Program-made: the position numbers and the translations under genes | Notes under the pieces: model-generated | Seen by the model: only the letters and a program-made list of their open reading frames with translations | Databases searched by the model: none | Told to the model about the DNA's origin: nothing | Assembly: GCA_964448725.1 (NCBI GenBank) | Contig: CAYVAJ010000001.1 | Span: forward strand, 135,525-199,524 | From: an uncultured Gammaproteobacteria bacterium | GTDB taxonomy: Bacteria; Patescibacteriota; Microgenomatia; Levybacterales; GWA1-39-11 | Direction of reading: 5' to 3' | DNA: 64,000 nt | Shown here: in pieces, positions 38,495-50,336 of the stretch | How the letters are laid out: each line of letters begins with the position of its first letter | Numbering within the stretch: position 1 is the stretch's first letter

Positions 38495-40232
38495 CTTTGC
38501 AATTATCGCGCATGTTGATCATGGTAAGTCAACGCTTGCTGACCGTTTGCTTGAAATTACCGGTACAATTCCTGCTGAACAATTACAAGAACAGTTTCTT
38601 GACTCAAATCCAATATCTCGTGAACGTGGTATTACCATTAAATTGGCTCCTGTGAGGATGAGTTATACATCCAAAGGAACAGAGTATCAGCTTAATCTCA
38701 TTGATACTCCTGGACACGTAGATTTTTCCTATGAAGTAGTTCGTACTATGAATGCGTGTGAAGGGGCAATACTTCTTGTTGATGCCACCAAAGGTATTCA
38801 GGCTCAGACAATCGCAAATTATAACTTTGCAAAACGGCTCAATTTGACCATAATTCCAGTGGTTAACAAAATTGATCTCCCATCAGCAAATGTAGAAAAA
38901 GTAATGGCTGATATGGAAAGTCTTGGATTTGCAGAAAGAGATATTTTAAAAATATCGGCTAAAACAGGTCTTGGTGTTAAAGAGTTGCTTGACACTGTTG
39001 TGTCTCTTGTTCCACCTCCAGACGGAGATCGTGATGTTGATACACAGGCTCTTATTTTTGATTCTGTTTATGATGAACATAAAGGTATTGTAATTTATGT
39101 GAGACTTAAAAACGGAACAATAAAAAAAGGAGATGAGATAACATTTCTTTCAGATAACTCAACAGCTGTTGTTCTTGATGTAGGATATATGAAGCCAACA
39201 TATAGCTCAACTCAGTCACTTGATAATGGAGAAGTAGGGTATGTAATTACAAATATAAAAGACATTACTCAAGCGAAAGTTGGAGATACCATCACGTTAC
39301 GCGGACAACAGCCAGCTATGCTCCCAGGCTATAAGCCGTTAAAACCCTTTGTGTTTTTGAGTATTTATCCAGCAACAAATGCAGAGTTCCAAAATTTGCG
39401 TAAGGCACTTCATACGTTAAAACTGACTGATGCATCATTGGTATTTACTCCTGAGCAATCCTCGCTATTTGGACCAGGGTTTCGATGCGGATTTTTAGGA
39501 CTGCTCCATGCACAGATTATTATTGAACGGCTCGAACGTGAATATAACCTTGATGTATTTACCGCACCGCCGAGTATTGAATACAGTGTTGATGGAGAAA
39601 AAATATCAAATCCAAAAGACTTTGATATTTCGAAAAAAGATATACAGGAGCCATTTATGCTTGCTGAAATTTATACTCCTCAGGAATATCTTGGACAAAT
39701 ACTTGAGCTTATTTATGCTCGCCGTGGAGAACAGCAAGATATTGCTTACTACTCTTCTCAAGTTCGTGTCACTTTTGTAATGCCGCTTGCAAATGTTATT
39801 TATGATTTTTTTGATAAAGTTAAGTCAGTCTCATCTGGATTTGCTTCGTTTGATTACGAATTTTTAGAGTATCGTCCGTCTGATTTAGTGCGGGTTGATA
39901 TTTCGGTTAATGATCAGATTATTCCAGAGCTGTCGTTTATTGTGCATAGGTCAGAAAGTGATTATTTTGGCCGTAGAATTGTAGAGCTTTTATCAAAAGA
40001 AATTCCTAAACATCAATTTGTTATTGCTGTTCGGGCAAACATTGGTTCGCGAGTAATTGCCAGTGAAAAAATTGCAGCTTTATCGAAAAATGTTACCGCA
40101 AAACTGTATGGCGGCGATGTAACCCGCAAAAATAAACTACTAGACAAGCAAAAAGAAGGAAAAAAGAAAATGAAGACAATTGGACGAGTATCAGTCCCTA
40201 AAGAGGCGTTTTTATCTGTTCTGAAGGTTTAG
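38472..40232 (+). CDS. lepA: Elongation factor 4 (LepA)
   Basis: '[20 protein letters not shown]', 'ERGITIK', '[11 protein letters not shown]', '[14 protein letters not shown]'. Confidence 0.97.
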   Translation: [586 protein letters not shown]

Positions 40233-40788
40233 GCACAGTAAGACTTTTTTTCACTTCAAAATATTTAAATCTATCTATCTGATTCCAAAGATAGGCATAC
40301 ACAACAAAAGACGGAATCAGTGAACAAACAATAATCCAGCCGAGCCAGAAAAAATAATGAATTAAAATATCTGGATTAATGGTTATTTTATCTAACGAAT
40401 TTACAATATCATTAGTGGATAAAGAAAGAAGATAAATTCCAAATAAGAGTTCAGACCAGAAATTTATAAGCATAAAGGTAATAATGGGGAACACAGCGAA
40501 GAATGGCAGAAAAGCAAGTATTCGAAGCGCGTATAGACTCCATCTTGTGTATACATACAGGCAGGCAAAAACGAACAAGAACGAAAGGACAGAGAACCAA
40601 TCATACCACCATAATGGGAAAGTATAGCCCCAATAGGTTTTGATAAACACAAGTGGAATTAAGAGAAATATCCACTGAATCACCTTTACGCTTCGCGGTT
40701 TGGCGCTGTGAATTTGCAAAACAAAAAAGATGAGTTGAAGGATGTTTTTCTTTATGTCTGGTCGAGAAGCTTTACTTTCTGGTTGCAT
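40198..40788 (-). CDS. Hypothetical membrane protein
   Basis: 196-aa hydrophobic ORF starting 5 bp after the upstream gene. Confidence 0.6.
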   Translation of the reverse strand: MQPESKASRPDIKKNILQLIFFVLQIHSAKPRSVKVIQWIFLLIPLVFIKTYWGYTFPLWWYDWFSVLSFLFVFACLYVYTRWSLYALRILAFLPFFAVFPIITFMLINFWSELLFGIYLLSLSTNDIVNSLDKITINPDILIHYFFWLGWIIVCSLIPSFVVYAYLWNQIDRFKYFEVKKSLTVPKPSEQIKTPL

Positions 40789-40793
40789 AAAAT

Positions 40794-41912
40794 TTAAAGT
40801 AAGAACAGCAGTACTCCCCCGATAATGGTAAGTATTACCGCCCCACCGATTCCTATAGCTGTTCCAATTGATCCAGGAGGTGCTAGAGTCGGCACAACTG
40901 TTGCTGGAATGTCAGTTGGTGAAACAGGCATTTGGGCACTTGGTGATCCTTCTTCAACAGTAACAGGCTGAGTACAGGATATACTAGTTCCTCCTCTATC
41001 GTCTGTAAAGATAACTGTTGCTGAATGTGAGCCAGTAATTGTATATGTGTGGCTCTGTTGTACCGATGCTGATGCGCTGCCAAGACCTGCGGTAACATCT
41101 ACTACTTGTCCATCTCCAAAGTTAAATGTAGCTTTTACAATCTGACCATCAGAATCATTACCAGTTGCAGTAAACTGGGATGTAAGCGGTGCTGAGCCAC
41201 TTGCAGGTATTACCGTAAGATTAGTACAGACTGGTACGATATTTGGAATAAGAGTAGGCGAAGGAGACGGTGTTCTTGAGGGAGTTGCCGATGGAGTTGC
41301 AGATGGGGTTGCAGTTGGTGATGGTGTGCCACCTCCTGTTCCATCAAGTATAGTGATGAGCGCAGGGGTTGTATTAACGAGGACATTTTCTCCTGGGTTA
41401 TCATCGGTTGCGATTGAGAGTACCTGTGTAGATCCTGGAAATTCAAAGGCTACTTGTGTTGGTGTCTCTGTCTTTTCTAAGGCTTCCAGCTCAATAGTCG
41501 CAACTTTAAATGGTTGATTGAAACTTTGAGTGGGATCGTATCCAGTTAGCGCTTTGTTAATTCCAAACTCTACACTTGCACTTCCACTTGTAATTGTTGG
41601 TCCGGAAAGTGTAGTAGAAATATTCTGTGAATCAGGAGTAATCTGAGAAATTGCCACTTTTTCTGCATCATAATTCAGTGAGAACTTGACGAATGAAGGA
41701 ATATTATTGCCTGGGTCTAACATAACATCAATGGTAAAAATTTCACCGACTGTAACAGTATTCTTTGAAGTTATAAGTGAAAGGTTACTTGATGGGGCAG
41801 CGCTACTTCTTAGATCTTGTTGTTGTTTTACAAAAAAGAGTGTGAGTGGAATTGTTATTAATAGTAGAACAAGAATCCCAATAAGAAAGAACTGTTTCCC
41901 GTTTAATTTCAT
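40794..41912 (-). CDS. Surface protein: N-terminal signal, cohesin-like domain, PT linker, PKD domain, C-terminal PPGS+TM
   Basis: 'VTVGEIFTIDVML...FSLNYDAEKV...VATIELEA' (cohesin-like); 'GSAPLTSQF...DSDGQI...FNFGDG...SHTY..TGSH' (PKD). Confidence 0.8.
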   Translation of the reverse strand: MKLNGKQFFLIGILVLLLITIPLTLFFVKQQQDLRSSAAPSSNLSLITSKNTVTVGEIFTIDVMLDPGNNIPSFVKFSLNYDAEKVAISQITPDSQNISTTLSGPTITSGSASVEFGINKALTGYDPTQSFNQPFKVATIELEALEKTETPTQVAFEFPGSTQVLSIATDDNPGENVLVNTTPALITILDGTGGGTPSPTATPSATPSATPSRTPSPSPTLIPNIVPVCTNLTVIPASGSAPLTSQFTATGNDSDGQIVKATFNFGDGQVVDVTAGLGSASASVQQSHTYTITGSHSATVIFTDDRGGTSISCTQPVTVEEGSPSAQMPVSPTDIPATVVPTLAPPGSIGTAIGIGGAVILTIIGGVLLFLL

Positions 41913-42021
41913 AGGTATATGAGACAGAAATAACTGCTGATATTAGCGTAGTGGAAACGTAAAAAGAAGTCAATAATGTAAGAGATTAGTAAAAAACATA
42001 CTGTATGAGATTGCAAAGGTC

Positions 42022-42075
42022 TTGACAACACAATATTTTTTGGGTATATTAGCAGTCGTACAGTCTAAATGACAA
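42022..42075 (+). promoter_or_regulatory. groES promoter with CIRCE-like half site
   Basis: TTGACA (42022), 17 bp, TATATT (42045); TTAGCAGTC at 42049-42057 with a degenerate right arm. Confidence 0.7.
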
Positions 42076-42096
42076 AAATTTGAGTCAACTGAGAAT

Positions 42097-42408
42097 ATGG
42101 CAAAATCATCGACAAAACAGACAATTACTCCACTCTTTGGAAATGTCTTAGTAAAACCACTTGAAGCAGAAGAGAAAACAGTCGGCGGAATCTATCTTCC
42201 TGATACAGCGAAAGAAAAACCACAGATAGGAGAAATTATGGCTGTGGGTAAAGGATCATGGGATGAAGACGGTAAAAAAAGAATTCCAATGGAAGTATCA
42301 GTTGGACAAAAAGTAATGTATAAAAAATGGGGCGGAAATGAAGTTAAAGTAGGATCTGAAGAATGGACAATTGTAGATCAGAAAGATATACTCGCAATTG
42401 TTAGTTAA
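42097..42408 (+). CDS. groES: Co-chaperonin GroES
   Basis: 'PL..NVLVKP.EAEEKTVGGIYLPDTAKEKPQ.G...AVG.G'. Confidence 0.97.
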   Translation: MAKSSTKQTITPLFGNVLVKPLEAEEKTVGGIYLPDTAKEKPQIGEIMAVGKGSWDEDGKKRIPMEVSVGQKVMYKKWGGNEVKVGSEEWTIVDQKDILAIVS

Positions 42409-42448
42409 ACAATTACGAAAGCGTCAAATATTAAATAACAAAAAATGA

Positions 42449-44152
<1,704 letters not shown>

Positions 44153-44238
44153 TTTCATTATTTTTTTCACTTCCTGCAATTTTAACTCCTTTGAAAAATC
44201 TTTTCCAAAAAGCTTGTTATTCATAGTAGAATAGATAC

Positions 44239-45039
44239 ATGGTTGATACTCATTGTCATTTGAATTTCCATAAATTTGCCGATGATGTGACAGATGTAGT
44301 AGAACGTGCGAATGCACATGGTGTGACGCACATTGTAAATGTTGGGACTCAAATTAGCTCAAGTAGAGAAGCGATTGATCTTGCTGAGCAGTTTGATTCT
44401 TGTTTGGCTGTTGTTGGAATCCACCCTCATCATGCAGATAAAGTTGAGAAAGGGTGGGAAAAAGAGCTTACTCAATTAGCAAAACACGAAAAAGTGATTG
44501 CAATTGGTGAGTGTGGAATGGACTATTTTTCCTATCAATCAAATGGGATAGTCGATCCCACAATTCAAAAAAAAGTGTTTGAGCAGCAATTGATGATTGC
44601 TCATGAATTACAACTTCCCTTACAGATCCACAATAGACATGCAGGAAAAGATATTATTGAGATTCTCAGACATCATAAATCATTATTGCAAGCTATTCCT
44701 GGTATGTTTCACTGTATGTCAGGTGACATTGAACTTTTGAATCAAGTATTAGACCTTAATTTTTATGTTGGATTTGATGGAAATATTACCTATCCAAAAC
44801 TTGCACCTGGAGAAAAAACTCATCTACAAGATTTAGTGAATGCTGCACCAATTGAACGAATTCTTATTGAAACAGATAGTCCTTACTTAACACCTATTCC
44901 TCATCGGGGCACGAGAAACGAGCCAAAAAATGCTATAATGGTAGCAGAATTTATTGCCCAATTAAAAGGAATTTCATTTGACGATGTTGAGAGAATAACA
45001 ACACAAAACTTTTCAACAGTATTTTCCATTGTACTATAA
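44239..45039 (+). CDS. tatD: TatD-family DNase
   Basis: 'DTHCHL', 'GIHPH', 'AIGECGMD', 'HNR', 'ETDSPYL'. Confidence 0.93.
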   Translation: MVDTHCHLNFHKFADDVTDVVERANAHGVTHIVNVGTQISSSREAIDLAEQFDSCLAVVGIHPHHADKVEKGWEKELTQLAKHEKVIAIGECGMDYFSYQSNGIVDPTIQKKVFEQQLMIAHELQLPLQIHNRHAGKDIIEILRHHKSLLQAIPGMFHCMSGDIELLNQVLDLNFYVGFDGNITYPKLAPGEKTHLQDLVNAAPIERILIETDSPYLTPIPHRGTRNEPKNAIMVAEFIAQLKGISFDDVERITTQNFSTVFSIVL

Positions 45040-45041
45040 CT

Positions 45042-46541
45042 ATGCATGCATTTTTTGACCGTATTTTTTATACCTATCCTATAAAAACCAGGAGAACTCT
45101 TGAAATTTTACCGCCATTAATTTCAATGTTTTTAATAACTATGCCAGTTTGGGGTGCATTATTATTTCCTGTTCAGCTTGCCTACTTTATTATTTTTTTT
45201 GATGTCTACTTTTTATGGAAGTCAATTTATTTAGTTGTTACAGCATCGATATCATCTCGAAAAATAAAGAAAACAGAAGAAGAAAATTGGCTTGCAAAGG
45301 CAAAAAAGCTTGATCACTTCACTGATATGCATCATGTTGTAATCATTCCAAGTTACACAGAAAGTGCTGCAAAACTTTCCCGAACAATTGAAACATTTAA
45401 AAATCAGACTTTTCCGACTGATCGAATACATGTCTATCTCGCGCTTGAAAAAAGAGAAGAAAATGTACAAGAAAAAGCTGATAATCTTGTTGCGTTGTAT
45501 AAGAATTCATTTGGTACATTTTCATATACTTTACATCCTGATGTAGAGGGAGAAGTGAAAGGAAAATCATCAAATCAGGCTTTTGCAGTGAAACACGCGT
45601 ATAAAGAGTTAGTTGAAGAGAAAAAATTAAATATTGATTACATGACAGTTTCTTCGGTAGATGCTGATGCAGTTTTTGATCCTCAGTATTATGCGAATCT
45701 GACCTACTTATTCCTTACCGCAAAAAATCCATATCTTCATATCTGGCAGTCAGCGACTGTATTTTATAATAATTTCTGGGAAATACCCTCCTTTACTCGT
45801 GTTATGACATTTTTTAGCAGCTTATGGCGGACTGCATTACTCGTACAAGGATTACGGTTACTCCCGCACTCAACATATTCTCTCTCTCTGAAATTATTGC
45901 ATGAAATTGGATACTGGGATACTGATGTGATTCCTGAGGATTATAGAGTTTTCTTTAAAGCGTTTTTCAAAAAACAAGGCAGGGTATCTGTTGAACCATT
46001 ATTTCTTAAAACATCACTTGATAGTGCACAATCACATACATATCGTGCAAGTCTGATGAATAAATATAACCAAGAAAGACGATGGGCATGGGGAGTATCT
46101 GATGATGCAGTGTATCTAAAATGGTGGTTTACAGTTCCTGGAGTACCATTTATAAAAAAGACATTTCTCATGTATTATGTGGTACTTGATCACATCCTCT
46201 GGCCAGTGGCTTGGTTTTTGATTACATTGTCGGCAAATATTGTTGTACTTATTAATCCAGTTTTTTCCCGTACAAGCTTGGGTTACTCTTTACCTCAATT
46301 ATCTGGATTTATCGTTACTCTGACGCTCATATCACTCGTGGCGATGATGTATATTGACTATACAATTCATCGATATAAACATTATAAAAAACCATCATTA
46401 TGGCGCCGAATTCTCTTCCCGCTTGAGTTTATTGTAATGCCAATTGCAGGTTTTTTCCTTTCTGCGCTACCTGCACTTATTTCACATATACAGTTATTTA
46501 TTGGGAAGCGTTTGGAATATAAAGTGACTGAAAAAGTATAG
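45042..46541 (+). CDS. Membrane-embedded GT2 glycosyltransferase
   Basis: 'IPSYTE', 'GKSSN', 'DAD', 'VIPED', 'QERRWAWG' (QxxRW). Confidence 0.85.
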   Translation: MHAFFDRIFYTYPIKTRRTLEILPPLISMFLITMPVWGALLFPVQLAYFIIFFDVYFLWKSIYLVVTASISSRKIKKTEEENWLAKAKKLDHFTDMHHVVIIPSYTESAAKLSRTIETFKNQTFPTDRIHVYLALEKREENVQEKADNLVALYKNSFGTFSYTLHPDVEGEVKGKSSNQAFAVKHAYKELVEEKKLNIDYMTVSSVDADAVFDPQYYANLTYLFLTAKNPYLHIWQSATVFYNNFWEIPSFTRVMTFFSSLWRTALLVQGLRLLPHSTYSLSLKLLHEIGYWDTDVIPEDYRVFFKAFFKKQGRVSVEPLFLKTSLDSAQSHTYRASLMNKYNQERRWAWGVSDDAVYLKWWFTVPGVPFIKKTFLMYYVVLDHILWPVAWFLITLSANIVVLINPVFSRTSLGYSLPQLSGFIVTLTLISLVAMMYIDYTIHRYKHYKKPSLWRRILFPLEFIVMPIAGFFLSALPALISHIQLFIGKRLEYKVTEKV

Positions 46542-46543
46542 GT

Positions 46544-47995
46544 ATGAAGAGGTTATTATCATGGCAAATATTCCCTCATTTTTTTCTTTTTGGGATCGTT
46601 TGTCTCTTTATAGTATTAAGACTACCTTCGCTTATAGAACCATATTGGTATGGCGATGAAGGTATTTATGCCATAATTGGAAAATCAATGAGAGAAGGAT
46701 TTCTCTTGTATCGTGATATATGGGATAATAAACCTCCACTACTGTATGTTTTTTATGCGCTTGTATATGGTGAGTTATTTTGGATTAGGACCCTTTCACT
46801 TATCATAGGAACAGCGACAGTTATACTCTTTTTCAAACTATCACAAACAGTATTGAAAGAGAAAAGGTCAGTTATTATTGCGACCAGCATATTTACGCTT
46901 CTTTTCGGACTACCAATTCTAGAAGGGAATATCGCAAATGCAGAGAATTTTATGCTGCTTCCAATTTGTGCAGCGTTTTATCTTGTTTTGAAACAGAGAA
47001 CAATTAGATCGTATTTTGGTGCGGGAATAGTACTCTCTATTGCTCTTATGATAAAAAGTGTTGCATTATTTGATATTGCAGCATTGATGAGTATTATTTT
47101 CTTACAGCGTTTACATGAAAACACACCTGTTATTAAAGTGGTACAGAAATTTATTTTCTCTAGAAAAATTATGGCAATGTTGCTTGGCATCGTGAGTCTT
47201 CCGCTGATATTCTTGCTCTATTATCTCCAAATTGGGGCAGTATATGATTTTATTTCATCTACGCTAATCAAGAATGTTGGGTATGTTGGATTTGAAAATC
47301 ATTTTATTTTTCCATTGGGGCTGGTTTTTTTGAAAATATCCTTCCTATTAGTAGCAATCGGAAGCATATATTACTTTCGCAATAAACTTTCTAAGGAAGA
47401 ACTCATACTTTTTCCTTGGATGGCTTTTGCATTGTTTAGTATGTTCTTCTCTGATCGGCCATATACTCATTATATGCTTATGGGAATACTTCCTTTTTGT
47501 CTATTACTTGGATACCTCGTACGAACTGTTCAGATAAGGACATTGATAGTGATTGTTGCTATTATGAGTATCGTTATGATGCATTTTTCATGGTATGAAA
47601 AAAATATTTCCTATTATAAAAATTACATTGACTATGTATTTGGAGAGAAAAAATTTCGCGAATATACTGCCTTTTTTGATCGAAACTCTGTTGTTGACTA
47701 TGACATCGCACAAACAATTGCGGCCCTTACCAAGGGAGAGTCATCGGTATATTATTGGAGTGATAGTGCTCAGTTGTATATGCTGACAGACGTACTTCCA
47801 ATAACAAAGTATGTTGTTGCCTACCATAATGAATCCTATCCCCAGGCATTAGAAAAAACAGTACAGCAGATTCATGAGAAGTCACCCGATTATATTGTGT
47901 CGACACGAAATAATATAATTCCTTTTAAATTAGCTGATCATTATGAGTTAAAATATACAATAGAGTCAGCTCGAATTTATGAAAAACGTATTTAA
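46544..47995 (+). CDS. GT-C (ArnT-like) glycosyltransferase
   Basis: 'WYGDEGIY...G..LYRDIWDNKPPLLY', 'NAENF', 'YTHY'. Confidence 0.85.
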   Translation: MKRLLSWQIFPHFFLFGIVCLFIVLRLPSLIEPYWYGDEGIYAIIGKSMREGFLLYRDIWDNKPPLLYVFYALVYGELFWIRTLSLIIGTATVILFFKLSQTVLKEKRSVIIATSIFTLLFGLPILEGNIANAENFMLLPICAAFYLVLKQRTIRSYFGAGIVLSIALMIKSVALFDIAALMSIIFLQRLHENTPVIKVVQKFIFSRKIMAMLLGIVSLPLIFLLYYLQIGAVYDFISSTLIKNVGYVGFENHFIFPLGLVFLKISFLLVAIGSIYYFRNKLSKEELILFPWMAFALFSMFFSDRPYTHYMLMGILPFCLLLGYLVRTVQIRTLIVIVAIMSIVMMHFSWYEKNISYYKNYIDYVFGEKKFREYTAFFDRNSVVDYDIAQTIAALTKGESSVYYWSDSAQLYMLTDVLPITKYVVAYHNESYPQALEKTVQQIHEKSPDYIVSTRNNIIPFKLADHYELKYTIESARIYEKRI

Positions 47996-48332
47996 CACCG
48001 TACTTTCTGATAATATCATTAAAATATCTACGGGTGTTTCATTGATATTACTGATATTTATAACAATACTCATTGCGTTTTTCTATCAAAAATTACCTCC
48101 TTATATTCCTTTTTTTAATAGCTTGCCGTGGGGAACTGAAAGACTATTTTCCTCAGTTGTTGTAGTATTTCTTCCAGTTGTTTTTTTGTCGGTTATAATC
48201 GTCAATACTATGATTAGTGCATATCTCTATGCAAGCCATGCATTAATTGCCCGTATGATCTCATTTAATGGATTATTAGTTATTATTCTTGGATTTCTTG
48301 CGTATTTACAAATTGTACTACTCGTATTGTAA
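47979..48332 (+). CDS. 3-TM hypothetical protein (DUF1648-like)
   Basis: 'LPPYIPFFNSLPWG' between TM segments. Confidence 0.65.
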   Translation: MKNVFNTVLSDNIIKISTGVSLILLIFITILIAFFYQKLPPYIPFFNSLPWGTERLFSSVVVVFLPVVFLSVIIVNTMISAYLYASHALIARMISFNGLLVIILGFLAYLQIVLLVL

Positions 48333-48336
48333 CTTT

Positions 48337-49395
48337 ATGCTTTATACATTAATTATTGCACTCATAACAAGTTTTACGATAATGATTGTTATTACCCCTT
48401 TGGCAATAAAACTCATTAAACGCTTAAAACTTATTGATGATCCGACTACCCATAAACATCCAGCTATTATTCATACGCGGCCGATACCTCGAGGAGGAGG
48501 ACTTCCCATCTATATTGCCTTAGTAAGCAGTATGCTAGCTTTTCTTCCACTTACCCCTATTTTTATCGCAGTTATGGGAGCAGGACTTCTTGTTGTGGGA
48601 GTTGGATTACTTGATGATCGATATGATGTTTCCCCATATGTACGATTTATTATGAATATTGTATCTGCAACTATTGTAGTAGCAGCAGGGGCAACAATTC
48701 CCTTTATTACAAATCCATTAGGGGGAATACTACGGTTTGATGATGTTACTTTTATGATCGGAAATATGGTTATAGTGTTTCCGCTTGCACATATTTTAGC
48801 GGTTGTATGGATTATCTGGGTAATGAATATGTTGAACTGGAGTAAAGGAGTGGATGGCCAAATGCCAGGAATTGCTGCGATATCGGCAATTATTATCGGA
48901 ATTGCTGCACTTCGCTTTGGAATTATTGATGAATCAAGCCAGTACACATCTATTTTTGCATTTATTGTTGCCGGAACTGCACTGGGCTTTCTTGTATATA
49001 ATTTTTATCCGGCACGAATATTTCCTGGTTATAGTGCAACAATTTTAGGTTTTACACTCGGTGTTGTATCAATCCTTTCAAGTGTAAAACTCGCAACGGC
49101 ATTACTCGTCATGGGAATTCCTGCAGCAGACGCACTTTTTACGATTGCGAGAAGACTTGCTTCTAAAAAATCCCCCTTTTGGCACGATAAAGGGCATCTC
49201 CACCATCTTTTGCTAAATCTGGGTATGGGGCAGCGCACTATCGCGTTATTTTATTGGGGAATGTCATTTATTTTAGGTTTAGCAGCATTAACCCTTTCAA
49301 GTAAAGGCAAATTGTTTGCTATAATACTCGTGATTGTATTGGTAATTGGAGTGATATTAACATTGCGATTTTTGATAAATAAAGAAAGAAAATGA
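48337..49395 (+). CDS. WecA/TagO (MraY-like) polyprenyl-phosphate HexNAc-1-phosphate transferase
   Basis: 'PIPRGGG', 'GLLDD', 'NMLNWSKGVDG', 'YNFYPARIFPG', 'DKGHLHH'; start set to ATG 48337. Confidence 0.88.
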   Translation: MLYTLIIALITSFTIMIVITPLAIKLIKRLKLIDDPTTHKHPAIIHTRPIPRGGGLPIYIALVSSMLAFLPLTPIFIAVMGAGLLVVGVGLLDDRYDVSPYVRFIMNIVSATIVVAAGATIPFITNPLGGILRFDDVTFMIGNMVIVFPLAHILAVVWIIWVMNMLNWSKGVDGQMPGIAAISAIIIGIAALRFGIIDESSQYTSIFAFIVAGTALGFLVYNFYPARIFPGYSATILGFTLGVVSILSSVKLATALLVMGIPAADALFTIARRLASKKSPFWHDKGHLHHLLLNLGMGQRTIALFYWGMSFILGLAALTLSSKGKLFAIILVIVLVIGVILTLRFLINKERK

Positions 49396-50336
49396 GACAC
49401 TCTCATATCTACTACCTCTTAAAATTGCTTCGTCCACGTCAGTGGATTAAAAACCTCGCTCTTTTTGCAGGAATTACCTTTAGCGGACAACTCTTTGAAG
49501 CAGATGCCCTTAGTCGTGTTGCAGTTGCCTTTCTCGCTTTCTGTTTTCTATCATCAGCCACCTATATTATTAATGATGTGCTGGATCTAAAAAAAGATCG
49601 ACTGCACCCATTTAAAAAAATGCGCCCACTTGCGAGCGGAAGAATTCAGATGTTTGAGGCTGCAATATTGTTTGCTGTGCTTCTTTCTTCTGCACTGATT
49701 TTAGCCAAGGGGTTAGGAGGATTATTTATCTTTATTGCCATTATCTATTTAACACTTCAGATTGCGTACTCATTGGTATTCAAAGGTGTGGTAATTTTTG
49801 ATATCTTTTTTATTGCTTCAGGGTATATTTTGCGCGTGTTGGCAGGAGGAGAGATTGTGAACTATCATATCTCTGTATGGCTACTTCTTACTACTGTTTC
49901 TCTCTCTCTCTTCCTCGCAGTTGGAAAGCGCAGGTCTGAGTTAACACTTTTGCGGAACATAAAAGGATCAAAAATTATGGAGATTCGTCAAAGTCTTTCC
50001 CATTATTCAGAAAATTTACTTGATGCATATACTGCTATTTTTGCAACTACTGCAATTATGTTTTATACCATGTTCACTTTTCTGGAGCATCCCCGTGGTA
50101 TACGTATAACACTTGAGTTATTATTGCCTGAATTTTTGCCTTACTACTTGCAAAGGAAATGGCTGATGATAACGATTCTTCCAGTAATTTATGGCATTAT
50201 GCGTTATATGCAGGATATTTATGAAAAAAGTGAGGGAGAAAGTCCTGACCGGGTATTACTCGCCGATAAAGCACTTCTTGCTTCAGTCATATCATGGGTG
50301 TTGATGGTCATTTTTATTATATACTTTATTGGGTAA
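49392..50336 (+). CDS. UbiA-family polyprenyl-phosphate phosphoribosyltransferase (DPPR synthase-like)
   Basis: 'LRPRQWIKN', 'YIINDVLD..KDRLHP.K..RPLASG', 'GYILRV.AG', 'KRRSE', 'GESP'. Confidence 0.88.
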   Translation: MRHSHIYYLLKLLRPRQWIKNLALFAGITFSGQLFEADALSRVAVAFLAFCFLSSATYIINDVLDLKKDRLHPFKKMRPLASGRIQMFEAAILFAVLLSSALILAKGLGGLFIFIAIIYLTLQIAYSLVFKGVVIFDIFFIASGYILRVLAGGEIVNYHISVWLLLTTVSLSLFLAVGKRRSELTLLRNIKGSKIMEIRQSLSHYSENLLDAYTAIFATTAIMFYTMFTFLEHPRGIRITLELLLPEFLPYYLQRKWLMITILPVIYGIMRYMQDIYEKSEGESPDRVLLADKALLASVISWVLMVIFIIYFIG

